Assembly (NCBI GenBank): GCA_002773945.1
Contig: PEZT01000012.1
Coordinates: 1-59,653 of the forward strand
Direction of reading: 5' to 3'
DNA from: Candidatus Beckwithbacteria bacterium CG10_big_fil_rev_8_21_14_0_10_34_10
GTDB lineage: Bacteria > Patescibacteriota > Microgenomatia > UBA1400
DNA: 59,653 nucleotides
The notes under the pieces were generated by a model. That model searched no databases. It saw only the letters and a list, made by a program, of their open reading frames with translations, and had not been told where the DNA came from. Made by a program: the position numbers and the translations under genes. Numbering within the stretch: position 1 is the stretch's first letter; every line of letters begins with the position of its first letter. Positions 27,517-36,386 of the stretch are shown in pieces.

Positions 27517-28773
27517 ATGAAGAAAGAGATAAAAACAGTAATTATTTTATTATTGGGGTTTTTAATAAGGTTAATACTCTCTAGTTTACCTGGTTTTAAA
27601 GCTGATACAAATGCTTGGTATGCTTGGGCTGATCGATTAGTTAATCTGCCTTTAAAAAAGTTTTATAGTTCTAATATTTGGACTCACTATACGCCAGGGT
27701 ATTTATATATTCTCTGGATTTTAGGAATAATTAAAAAAATATTCAATATTTCTGATCCAATTATTTTAAGACAATTATTTAGGTTGCCCAGCAATGTTAG
27801 TGATTTTTTAACGTCAATATTAATATTTAAAATATTTAAGAAAAAATCCTTTCCTTGGAAATATTTAGGGATCTTATATTTTTTTAATCCAGTCATAATT
27901 TTTAATTCTAGTGTTTGGGGCCAAGTAGATTCTGTATTAACTTTATTACTACTAGTATCTATTTATTTTCTTTTAAATAAAAAAATAGAATTTTCAGGTT
28001 TATTTTATGCTTTGGCTTTTTTAGTTAAACCACAAGCAGTTTTCCTAGCACCAGTATATTTTCTTTTTTTTCTAAAAAAAAAGATTTTTTCCTCTAATAA
28101 AATGCTTATAAAAACAGTTAATTTTTTATTGGTTTTTTTAATAGTAGGAATATTGATCTCCTGGCCATTTTTTCCTAAATCCAATGTTTTTGGCCTTTTT
28201 AAACTAATTAATCAAATGGGAAAAGACTATCCTTATTCTGGTTTGGGAGCTTTCAATTTATGGCAGCTTTTTGAGCCTTTTAAAAAAGACAATTTATTAG
28301 TTTATGGAGTTTCCAGATTTAATTGGGGACTTTTATTATACTCGTTTTTTACAATTATTATTAGTTTTATTCTTTGGTTTAGGAGGAAAACAAAGAATAA
28401 AGATTATTATTTAGCGGCGACCATATTCTTATTTATTTTTTTTCTTTTTCCCACTAGAATTCATGAGCGCTACTTGTTTTCCATTTTCCCTTTTTTACTG
28501 ATTAGTGCTGGTTTGTTAAAATCCCGCTTTCTAATTTTTAACTATTTAATTCTTTCTTTGTTCCACTTTTTAAACATGGTCTATATATATTGTTATTATT
28601 ATCCTAAAAATATAGAAAACCTTACTTTATCAATGAGTTCAGTTTCCCCCAAATTTATTAGTCTATTAACAATTTTTTCATTTTTTGGACTACTTTTATA
28701 TTTTTATAACCCTTTTTTATTTAAAAGGACTAAAATAAAAAAGGAGATAAAATTTTTAAAAACAAAACCATGA
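27517..28773 (+). CDS. GT-C mannosyltransferase-like membrane protein (start likely ATG 27517)
   Basis: DTNAWYAW, YTPGYLY, NSSVWGQVDS, KPQ, TRIHERY. Confidence 0.7.
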   Translation: MKKEIKTVIILLLGFLIRLILSSLPGFKADTNAWYAWADRLVNLPLKKFYSSNIWTHYTPGYLYILWILGIIKKIFNISDPIILRQLFRLPSNVSDFLTSILIFKIFKKKSFPWKYLGILYFFNPVIIFNSSVWGQVDSVLTLLLLVSIYFLLNKKIEFSGLFYALAFLVKPQAVFLAPVYFLFFLKKKIFSSNKMLIKTVNFLLVFLIVGILISWPFFPKSNVFGLFKLINQMGKDYPYSGLGAFNLWQLFEPFKKDNLLVYGVSRFNWGLLLYSFFTIIISFILWFRRKTKNKDYYLAATIFLFIFFLFPTRIHERYLFSIFPFLLISAGLLKSRFLIFNYLILSLFHFLNMVYIYCYYYPKNIENLTLSMSSVSPKFISLLTIFSFFGLLLYFYNPFLFKRTKIKKEIKFLKTKP

Positions 28774-30020
28774 AAAAGATTAAGCTAAAATTAAACAAAA
28801 CTACTATCTTGACCCTAATTTTGTTTTTGGCTTTTTTTACCAGGGTTTTTAGATTAGGACATCCAAAAGCTTATGTTTTTGATGAAGTTTATAATGCTTT
28901 TACTGCCCAAGAAATTGCCAAAGGAAATATTAAAGCTTGGGAGTGGTGGAATTCAGCGCCTCAGGGTTTAGCTTATGAATGGACTCACCCGCCTTTAGGG
29001 AAAATTATTATGGCTGGTGGTGTTTTTCTTTTTGGTGGTCAGCATTGGTGCTATCGTTTGCCAGCAGCTTTTTTTGGAACAGGAGTAATATTATTGATTT
29101 ACCTTTTGGGTAAACAATTATTTGAAGATGAAAAAATTGCTCTTTTAGCGGCTTTTTTGGCCAGCCTGGATGGACTTTTACTAGTTATGAGCAGGACAGG
29201 AATGTTGGATATTTTTTTTGTTTTCTTTCTCTTAACAACAATCCTTTTTTTTCTTAAAGGTAAGTATTTTTCTAGCGGAATTTTTTTAGGATTTTCCCTG
29301 GCTACAAAATGGATTGGTTTTTATCTTTATCCTGTTTTGGGAATTCTGATTTTAAAAGAGTTTATTTTTTTATGGAAAAACAAAAAACAAAAAACAGTTT
29401 TTAAATTATTTTTAACTTATTTATTATTTTTTGTAATCGTTCCGGGATTAATTTATTTTCTTTCTTACGGCTTTTTTTTCCAAACTGGTCATAGTTTAAG
29501 TCAATTTTGGGAATTGCAAAAACAAATGTGGGGATACCACACTAATTTAAAAGCCAGTCATGATTATCAATCTTTGGCTTTAACCTGGCCATTGATGTTT
29601 AGGCCAGTTTGGTTTTGGGTAAGATACAACAAAGACAAAATTGGTAATATCTATAATCTGGGTAATCCTTTAATCTGGTGGGCGGGCCTGACTGTTTTAC
29701 CCGTAAGCATTATTAAGGCCGCCAAAGATTTATTTAAAAGGAAAAAGTTTAAATATAGTTTTCTTATTTTCTGTTATTTTTCTTTTTGGCTGCCTTGGGC
29801 TTTTTCTCCTCGGATTATGTTTTTACATCACTATCTTTCGGCGATCCCCTTTTTGTGTTTAATTTTAGCCAATTTTTTGAGTGAGCAAAAAAAACAAATA
29901 ATTTTAACTTATTTGGTTTTGGTTGTTTTGGGGTTTATGTTTTTTTACCCCCTAAACACCGGTGTATTTATCCCTAAAGATTTAGTTAAGTTCTTTTTTT
30001 GGTTGCCTTCTTGGAAATAA
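28770..30020 (+). CDS. pmt: Polyprenyl-phosphate-mannose:protein O-mannosyltransferase (PMT, GT39)
   Basis: Loop-1 VFDEVY (DE motif), HPPLGK, SRTGMLD, HDYQS..TWPLMFRPVWF, GNPLIWW, MFLHHY. Confidence 0.85.
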   Translation: MKKIKLKLNKTTILTLILFLAFFTRVFRLGHPKAYVFDEVYNAFTAQEIAKGNIKAWEWWNSAPQGLAYEWTHPPLGKIIMAGGVFLFGGQHWCYRLPAAFFGTGVILLIYLLGKQLFEDEKIALLAAFLASLDGLLLVMSRTGMLDIFFVFFLLTTILFFLKGKYFSSGIFLGFSLATKWIGFYLYPVLGILILKEFIFLWKNKKQKTVFKLFLTYLLFFVIVPGLIYFLSYGFFFQTGHSLSQFWELQKQMWGYHTNLKASHDYQSLALTWPLMFRPVWFWVRYNKDKIGNIYNLGNPLIWWAGLTVLPVSIIKAAKDLFKRKKFKYSFLIFCYFSFWLPWAFSPRIMFLHHYLSAIPFLCLILANFLSEQKKQIILTYLVLVVLGFMFFYPLNTGVFIPKDLVKFFFWLPSWK

Positions 30021-30021
30021 A

Positions 30022-30528
30022 TTAAAGAAGAATTCCTAAAATAACCAGAATAATTCCCCCTAATCCTAAAGTAATAGTTGGGAGAGAAGTGCCAGCTTCT
30101 GGTAATTCTTCGGCGGGACTTGGTTCTTTAGGCGGTAGAGGAATAACTGGTGCTTCAGGAGATACAGCTATTGCTTGGAACTTAGGACTGGGGAGGGGAA
30201 TAATTATTGGTGATGGTAAAGGTGATGAATATACTATTGGTGAAGGTGTAGGCGTTGGTGAAGGTGTAGGCGTTGGTGAAGGTGTAGGCGTTGGTGAAGG
30301 TGTAGGCGTTGGTGAAGAAACAGTAAAACTAAGTTGGCAAGTATAATCAGTTTCTTCTAAAAACTGTTCTGGAGAAACTTCCTTTTTTGTTTTATCCAAA
30401 GATTTAGTTGTTTCTTCTGTGTTTGGGGTTTTGCTTGGCTTTTTTTTAAGAAAATAAAATATTCCTCCAATAGAAATGATGACTATTAATAAAAGAATAA
30501 CTATAGTAGTAATGTCTTTTTTTTCCAT
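30022..30528 (-). CDS. Pro/Ser/Thr-rich surface protein with N-terminal TM and C-terminal LPEAG + TM (start moved to ATG 30528)
   Basis: (SPTPTP)n tract; [11 protein letters not shown] followed by a hydrophobic C-terminus. Confidence 0.75.
   Translation of the reverse strand: MEKKDITTIVILLLIVIISIGGIFYFLKKKPSKTPNTEETTKSLDKTKKEVSPEQFLEETDYTCQLSFTVSSPTPTPSPTPTPSPTPTPSPTPTPSPIVYSSPLPSPIIIPLPSPKFQAIAVSPEAPVIPLPPKEPSPAEELPEAGTSLPTITLGLGGIILVILGILL
30239..30317. repeat. Perfect 18-bp tandem repeat, about 4.4 copies
   Basis: GGTGAAGGTGTAGGCGTT x4 plus GGTGAAG; encodes SPTPTP on the minus strand. Confidence 0.97.
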
Positions 30529-30533
30529 TTTAT

Positions 30534-31421
30534 TTATGGGTTCCAGCCACCGGCTTGACCCCAATGAGTACAATTACTTTCATTTTCCGATGAACAAGTC
30601 CGGCACTCTATTTGATAATCACCAGTTTTCTCAATTCTATAAGCTGGAGTTGAGCCGGCAATGTTTTGCCAATTATCGGGATATTCCCAGGATTGATGAC
30701 TAATGTTTATCCGGTAATCATAATGGTGGAAATCAACATCTTTAGCTTCATAAGAACAAGTAAAAACAACTTCATCACCAAGAATTAAATTATCTGAAGG
30801 GCTTCGACTTAAATTTGAGCAAAGTAGACCTTGGTCTTTTGAAGGAACATAAAATTCGGCCTCACAATTACTACCGTCCCACCATTGACCGTAAGCATGG
30901 ATTTGAGCAATAACCACATTGTCTGATTCTTCGTCAAAGCTGTGGAAAATATAATATTCAGCCGTATCACTCTTATAATTATCACTTGGTGTAGTCACCC
31001 AATCACTGTTATTAATTTTAAAACGAGCCATATCCACTTCTTCTCCCCAGGCGCCAATTAAATAAACTTCCTCAGCTCTAATTTCATCTGGCGAAACCTT
31101 TACTCCGTCAAGGTAAAAACTTAATTGAAAACAAGAACTGGTTTCAGAGGGTGGAGCCGAAGGTGATGGGCTAGGGCTAGTTCCTGGAGAAGGTGAACTT
31201 TTTGGCTTAGGACTTTGTTTATCATCACTCCCAGGCGGAGCAGAGGGAGGAACATCAGGTGGAGGGACTTCATCTTGTTGATTATCTTGATTTTCATCAG
31301 AATAAGCATATCTAATCAGTCCATTTGATGGATTTGTTGATAAATATAAGTCTGTAATTAGAAAAGAAGAAAATATAATTAGGATTAATATTAAGCTAAC
31401 GATTTTAAATATTTTTTTCAT
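30534..31421 (-). CDS. Exported Pro-rich, Cys-containing beta-rich protein
   Basis: N-terminal TM, PPSAPP/SPSPSP linker, paired Cys in the C-terminal domains. Confidence 0.7.
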   Translation of the reverse strand: MKKIFKIVSLILILIIFSSFLITDLYLSTNPSNGLIRYAYSDENQDNQQDEVPPPDVPPSAPPGSDDKQSPKPKSSPSPGTSPSPSPSAPPSETSSCFQLSFYLDGVKVSPDEIRAEEVYLIGAWGEEVDMARFKINNSDWVTTPSDNYKSDTAEYYIFHSFDEESDNVVIAQIHAYGQWWDGSNCEAEFYVPSKDQGLLCSNLSRSPSDNLILGDEVVFTCSYEAKDVDFHHYDYRINISHQSWEYPDNWQNIAGSTPAYRIEKTGDYQIECRTCSSENESNCTHWGQAGGWNP

Positions 31422-31429
31422 CTTATTTA

Positions 31430-31939
31430 TTATAATCTTTCACAGCTATTACTGGTATTAAGACAAGCACAATCTAATTTTTTAATTGTACAACCACCTT
31501 CTCCGGTACAGCTACCGTCACAACTGGCTTTTTCTAAACATTCAGTTCCATTACGGCAAGTAATACAACAAGGTCCGCCATTATAACTGTTGCCACTGAC
31601 CTGCGCTTTGGCTGTTACCCCAGTGGGAGCATTACAAGTATATTTGTAGGTTCCATTACAAATATAAAGACTACCACACATACCGGGGGTTAATGAAGGA
31701 GAGGGTGAGGGTTCGGGTAGACACATCCCGCCTCGACAATACCAATTTTCTCCGCAGCCAGCACAGTCTGATGAGCCACTGCATTCTTCCGGACATTCAT
31801 TCGGATAAGGCTCTTCATCTGGGTCTCCAATAACAAATATTTCTCCTAATTTTCCTGGATTAACAACTAAGAAATATCCTAATCCACTTAGGGTAAGGAC
31901 TAAAATTAAACCAAAAATTAAAACTAATTTGTTTTTCAT
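31430..31939 (-). CDS. Small membrane-anchored cysteine-rich protein
   Basis: N-terminal TM; 19 Cys in two clusters separated by PEPSPSP. Confidence 0.7.
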   Translation of the reverse strand: MKNKLVLIFGLILVLTLSGLGYFLVVNPGKLGEIFVIGDPDEEPYPNECPEECSGSSDCAGCGENWYCRGGMCLPEPSPSPSLTPGMCGSLYICNGTYKYTCNAPTGVTAKAQVSGNSYNGGPCCITCRNGTECLEKASCDGSCTGEGGCTIKKLDCACLNTSNSCERL

Positions 31940-33213
31940 AAGTTTGAAATAATCTCTGCTTTTTCTAATTCTTGATTAAGCCAAGCCTGAAAGTTTTCAA
32001 ATTCGCCTTTAAAAGCCTGTTCTATTTTAATAAAAGCATAACCATAATCAACCCAAAGATCTTTTTCTTCATCATTAGATTGCTTAATAATAAAGATCTC
32101 ACTTGTTTCTCCTGAATTTAGAGAAAAAAGAATTTGAGTAAATTGAGGATCTGAATGGGGTGGTTTTTTTTGAACTAGATCTTGGTAATACATTTCAAAA
32201 AGCGTTGCTTGGGGATTACCATTTATTTTTAAAAGTTCATTATCTTGCCAGGCATCATCAATTAGTCTTTTAATTCCTTCTTCATTTTTAGCCCTGTCGT
32301 GGTAGGGAGTAATTGTCCTGAGGGCTAATTGTTTTGGGTCAAGTTGTTCTTTAAAGGCTTGTTTTAAAACATCAGGACCAGCCATTTCAACTATCATTGA
32401 GCCGCCAGTTATCCAGGTTACTTTTTTCTCAATAATTTTTTCTTTTAAAGCTTGAGCTTTTAATATTTCTTGAACTTCTGGGTAAGTTTTAAGATCAGGA
32501 CTAATAGAAGTACCATAATAACTTTTTTCGGCTTTTTTTAGATCCTCAGGTGAAAAAGAAAGGTTTAATTCTTTGGCAGCTGATTTAATTATTAAACGTT
32601 CAATTAAATTTTGATTTAGAGATTCTCTAACATCATTTTTATTAACATTTGACCTTTCCAGGTAAAGCTGATAATCTAAAAAATCTTTATATTCTTCCCA
32701 ACTTAATTGTTCTTTATTAACAGAAAGAGCAAAATCACCTTTTTCTTCATAAATTGGTTCAGCTGGAAGCTGGACTGGAGTTTTTTTAAGTAAGGAAGGA
32801 GAGGTTTTAATTACAGGAGAGTCTTTTTGTTCCTCAGGAATAGATTCTTTTTTAGATGAATTAAATGATGAATAACTTATAAGTCCTAAAAAAAGAGCCA
32901 CTAAGGCTAAACCACCAAAAGTCGCAGGTTTGCTTATTTTTGTTTTTTTAGCTGGTTTTGAAAAACTAGTTTGTTCAACTGGTGGGCCAGTTGGATTTGA
33001 TGGTTCAATAATTGGGCCAAGAGTCGGTTTAGATGATTTTAAAGGTTGGTTTTTTAAGGTGGTTTTGGTTGGTTTGTTTTGGTTGGTTTCCATCCAGGGA
33101 GGTAAAGATAGTTCTTCTGGAGAAGAAGGGGAGTTATTGACCGGTGGTTTTACATTATTGTTGTTTAAATCAGACATGGTATTATTATTGTCTTTACTAG
33201 GGTTTTCTGTCAA
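31936..33213 (-). CDS. Membrane-anchored SurA/PrsA-like foldase with a low-complexity N-terminus
   Basis: TM near aa 100; LIERLIIKSAAKELNLSFS (SurA-N-like); QILFSLNSGETSEIF...YGYAFIKI (rotamase-like). Confidence 0.6.
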   Translation of the reverse strand: MTENPSKDNNNTMSDLNNNNVKPPVNNSPSSPEELSLPPWMETNQNKPTKTTLKNQPLKSSKPTLGPIIEPSNPTGPPVEQTSFSKPAKKTKISKPATFGGLALVALFLGLISYSSFNSSKKESIPEEQKDSPVIKTSPSLLKKTPVQLPAEPIYEEKGDFALSVNKEQLSWEEYKDFLDYQLYLERSNVNKNDVRESLNQNLIERLIIKSAAKELNLSFSPEDLKKAEKSYYGTSISPDLKTYPEVQEILKAQALKEKIIEKKVTWITGGSMIVEMAGPDVLKQAFKEQLDPKQLALRTITPYHDRAKNEEGIKRLIDDAWQDNELLKINGNPQATLFEMYYQDLVQKKPPHSDPQFTQILFSLNSGETSEIFIIKQSNDEEKDLWVDYGYAFIKIEQAFKGEFENFQAWLNQELEKAEIISNL

Positions 33214-34472
33214 GCTAAAATAGCCAAAACTATCAATAGAATTCCAGTTAAAGAAAATACTGTTGTTGGCCAGCTAATACCAGTTATTGGGACTCCTTCA
33301 TCAGTGGCGGGGATTGAGATTCGGGCGACTGAATTAGGACTGGATTTCAGAATTGGAGACGGGGAAGGAACCAATTCAGCTGAAGGACTGGAAGTAATAG
33401 CTGGTAATTCACTTTCACCAGCCGCTAAGACAAGAAAGTTTCTATTAATAGTTTCTTCTTTCCCAAGTTCATTTAAATAAGTTACTTGAATACTATGCTC
33501 TCCAGGAGTTAGTTTAAAAGGAGGAATTAAACTCCAATTGCCACTTTCATCCACAGTGGTTGAAGTGGAGTATGGTTCAGGGGATTGGATTTGAATTGTT
33601 ATAACTTTATTGGGTGGACCTTGTCCAAGAAAGTTTGGTTGCTGGCTATTGATTTTTTCTCCATCGGTAGTTGGATTATCAATGGTGATAATTGAGGAAT
33701 TTAAAGATGATTTAGAGGGTGAACTGGGCATTTGTTCAGCTTTATTTTCTTCTCTAAAATCATAATTTTGGTGGTCAAGGATTAAATCAGGAATTGCCGG
33801 AAAGGCATTTTTTGTTAGAATTACAGCTGATGTTTTTTTGTCTCCATTTTGGGCCTCAAATTTTAGAATAGAGGCGTCAACATCAAAACTAGCATATTCA
33901 GTTAAATCTTTTACCCGGGCTTGATTTATAAAGATGGTGAAGCGGCCGTTATTATCAGTTAAGGCAGAAAGAGAATTGATATTAGCCGAGGAGAGATAAA
34001 CAATTGTTCCTTTGGCTGGACTTTTGTCAGGGTTTAATATTTTTCCACTAATTGTTTTAGCTTCTTTTATTTTGGTTAGTTTCGGTCCGGTGCTAATACT
34101 TTTTTCCTCTCCATCGCCAATTTTAAAATAGTAGTTTTTTTGTGGGTTGAGATTTTTTAGATTAACATAGTGAGTTTGACGTTCTTCTGTTTTACCACTT
34201 TGTTGATCACGGCTGTCAGTTAAAGCTATCTCTGGAGGCGAACTTTCACCATAATAAACTATTCCTTTAGTTGGCTTCTGGGTTAACCAAGAAATTGTTA
34301 TTTGATCATCTTGGATATTAGTGTATCTAACCTCCAAGGGTAAATTAATTTCCTTTTTTTTAGAGCCCAAAAACCCCTCTTTATTAATTAGAAAAAACCC
34401 AATTAGTAATGCTATTCCTAAAAGTAAAAGAACAGCGATAGTGGGTAATTTTTTACTAAGAATTTTAGCCAT
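33210..34472 (-). CDS. Surface protein: FN3-like, carboxypeptidase-regulatory-like and Ig-like domains, C-terminal VPITG + TM
   Basis: ITISWLT...THYVNLKNLNPQKNYYF; GKILNPD; PNFLGQG...SGNWS...LTPGEHSI; GVPITGISWPT. Confidence 0.72.
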   Translation of the reverse strand: MAKILSKKLPTIAVLLLLGIALLIGFFLINKEGFLGSKKKEINLPLEVRYTNIQDDQITISWLTQKPTKGIVYYGESSPPEIALTDSRDQQSGKTEERQTHYVNLKNLNPQKNYYFKIGDGEEKSISTGPKLTKIKEAKTISGKILNPDKSPAKGTIVYLSSANINSLSALTDNNGRFTIFINQARVKDLTEYASFDVDASILKFEAQNGDKKTSAVILTKNAFPAIPDLILDHQNYDFREENKAEQMPSSPSKSSLNSSIITIDNPTTDGEKINSQQPNFLGQGPPNKVITIQIQSPEPYSTSTTVDESGNWSLIPPFKLTPGEHSIQVTYLNELGKEETINRNFLVLAAGESELPAITSSPSAELVPSPSPILKSSPNSVARISIPATDEGVPITGISWPTTVFSLTGILLIVLAILA

Positions 34473-34474
34473 TA

Positions 34475-34801
34475 TTAATTTTCCTTTTCGGAAATTTCTT
34501 TTTTAGAAACATTGTCAACTTCAGTTTCGGCAGTAGCTGTTTCTTCTTCAAACTCAAATTCAGTTATTTCTGGAACTGATTGGAGATCTTTTTCCTTAAT
34601 TTGTTTTCTTTCTTTTAAAGACTCAAGGGTTTTTAAATCAAAATTAGGATCTAGGGGTTCTATTTGTTTTTTAATATCAGCCGGAATTGATGATTTTTTG
34701 GAAGACCGGTAAATATCAAATCCAACCCAGGTTAAGAAAGCTAAAGTTGTTAAAACAACCAAGTTAAGTAAACCTTTTCCTTTATCTTTATTTTTTTTCA
34801 T
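34475..34801 (-). CDS. Bitopic membrane protein in the PilP position
   Basis: One TM, follows pilO; TWVGFDIY...IEPLDPNFD. Confidence 0.6.
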   Translation of the reverse strand: MKKNKDKGKGLLNLVVLTTLAFLTWVGFDIYRSSKKSSIPADIKKQIEPLDPNFDLKTLESLKERKQIKEKDLQSVPEITEFEFEEETATAETEVDNVSKKEISEKEN

Positions 34802-34804
34802 TAT

Positions 34805-35455
34805 TTAATTTTCTATTTTGTTTTCTAACCAAAAGGCCTGACAGTTTAAATTAAGAGTTAGTTCATTTTGACTGCTTTTGGGTGAAAAGCCAACAGATTT
34901 AATCTGAATTAACCTTTCTAGTTGCTCTAATTCTCCTAAAAATTTTCTAATATTGGTTAAAGAACCAGTAATGGTAAGATTGAACTCAAGGGAGTTAGCT
35001 GGTCCTTTGACTTGTTTTTTTTTGGTTATTTCAGTTAAGCCATCATCGATTAAGCTAAAACCTCCATAGGAAGCTGATAAAAGGGTTAATTTATTAGAAT
35101 AGGTTAGATAATTAATTTGGGCGGCTAATGTTTTAAAATCTGCTTGTTTGGGTAAGGCCATATCAATTAAATGGAGGTCTTCACTAATTTGACCATAAGT
35201 AGTTTTGGCCTTATTAAGATCAGTAATCTTTTTTTCTAAACTGTCTTTAACTCTTTGGTTTTCTTTTAAATCTTTTCTAAGATTGATAATTGTTTTTATG
35301 GTTGGTTTGACAGCAAAAAGAGCAAAAAAAGTAACCACCAAAAGGGTTAAACCGAGATTAAAAGAAGCTTTAAAAAGAGGCTTCTGGTAAAGCTCTTTTG
35401 ATTTATTTAAATAAAGTTGGTAATTTTTGCCTTCGGGCTTTAATTGTTTTTTCAT
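34805..35455 (-). CDS. pilO: Type IV pilus assembly protein PilO-like
   Basis: TM, coiled coil, MALP, LTITGSLTNIRKFLGELEQLERLIQI. Confidence 0.78.
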   Translation of the reverse strand: MKKQLKPEGKNYQLYLNKSKELYQKPLFKASFNLGLTLLVVTFFALFAVKPTIKTIINLRKDLKENQRVKDSLEKKITDLNKAKTTYGQISEDLHLIDMALPKQADFKTLAAQINYLTYSNKLTLLSASYGGFSLIDDGLTEITKKKQVKGPANSLEFNLTITGSLTNIRKFLGELEQLERLIQIKSVGFSPKSSQNELTLNLNCQAFWLENKIEN

Positions 35456-36000
35456 TTGGTTAAGCTGGCGGTAATTCTAAATTTTAAGCCTGGATCTTTT
35501 TCTCCACCAGAGGTAACACTTCCTAGATCAATTTTTTCAAAGGAATCATTTGATTTTAATCCACTCAAAAGAGTAGCTAGGCCAGCATTGGATAAGCTGG
35601 TGCCTGTAAAAGAAACACTGTTTTCATTTAAGTCTAAGTTGTCAAAAACCACTTCTAGGGGAGTGAGTTGGGTTAATTCATTAATAATTGAGGAGAATTC
35701 AGTTTCACCATTTTGAATAGAACTAACTGATTTTAGGCGTTTTTGGACAAAGCGGACTTCATTTTCTAGTTCAGCTGAAGCAATAACAATTGCCATTTTT
35801 TCCTCTATTTCTCCCCGAAGGTCATTAAGGTCTTGGTCGAGTTTAAATCTTAAGACAAAAATAATAATGACAATTAATTCAGTAAAAATAACAATGTAGC
35901 GGCCAATATTTAAAGACCACTTTAAAATTTTTCCAAAAGCGTTTTTTTCTAATTCGCTTTCTTTTAATAAGAAATTGATTGATTTTTTTTGGGCAGCCAC
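35452..36000 (-). CDS. pilN: Type IV pilus assembly protein PilN-like
   Basis: INFL motif, TM, coiled coil, LTPLEVVFDNL...VSFTG...FKI; GTG start 6 nt after TATACT. Confidence 0.78.
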   Translation of the reverse strand: MAAQKKSINFLLKESELEKNAFGKILKWSLNIGRYIVIFTELIVIIIFVLRFKLDQDLNDLRGEIEEKMAIVIASAELENEVRFVQKRLKSVSSIQNGETEFSSIINELTQLTPLEVVFDNLDLNENSVSFTGTSLSNAGLATLLSGLKSNDSFEKIDLGSVTSGGEKDPGLKFRITASLTK

Positions 36001-36052
36001 AGTTAAAGTATAAGATTTTAGTCAGGCAATTGTAAAGAGGAAGGAATAGTAA

Positions 36053-36292
36053 TTAGTCTTTTTTTATAAGTTTTCCCAACCTTGATTTTAAGCGGGAGGC
36101 CTTGTTTTTATGAATTAGATTTTTTTTTACTGCTCGATCCAGATAAGAATAAACCCTTTTTAAGGCTGTTAGACTTGGCTTCTGGCGCATTTCTTTTATG
36201 GCCGATCTATATTTTGTTCTATTAACCTTATTGACTTCTGTTCTTCTTTTATCTCTTTTTAAGGCTTTAGTAGCTGATTTTGTAATTGGCAT
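36053..36292 (-). CDS. rpsT: 30S ribosomal protein S20
   Basis: MPITKSATKALKRDKRR...LIHKNKASRLKSRL. Confidence 0.96.
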   Translation of the reverse strand: MPITKSATKALKRDKRRTEVNKVNRTKYRSAIKEMRQKPSLTALKRVYSYLDRAVKKNLIHKNKASRLKSRLGKLIKKD

Positions 36293-36386
36293 AATTGTTT
36301 TTTTTAATTAAAATTATGAATTAATAGTTTCTGATTATATTATTTTCCTCTTTAAAATACAAGTTAATTTCAATATACTATATCCC

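Noticed and set aside
30239-30317. Possible CRISPR array
   Set aside because: Repeats are contiguous with no spacers, in frame within a CDS, and no cas genes are nearby.
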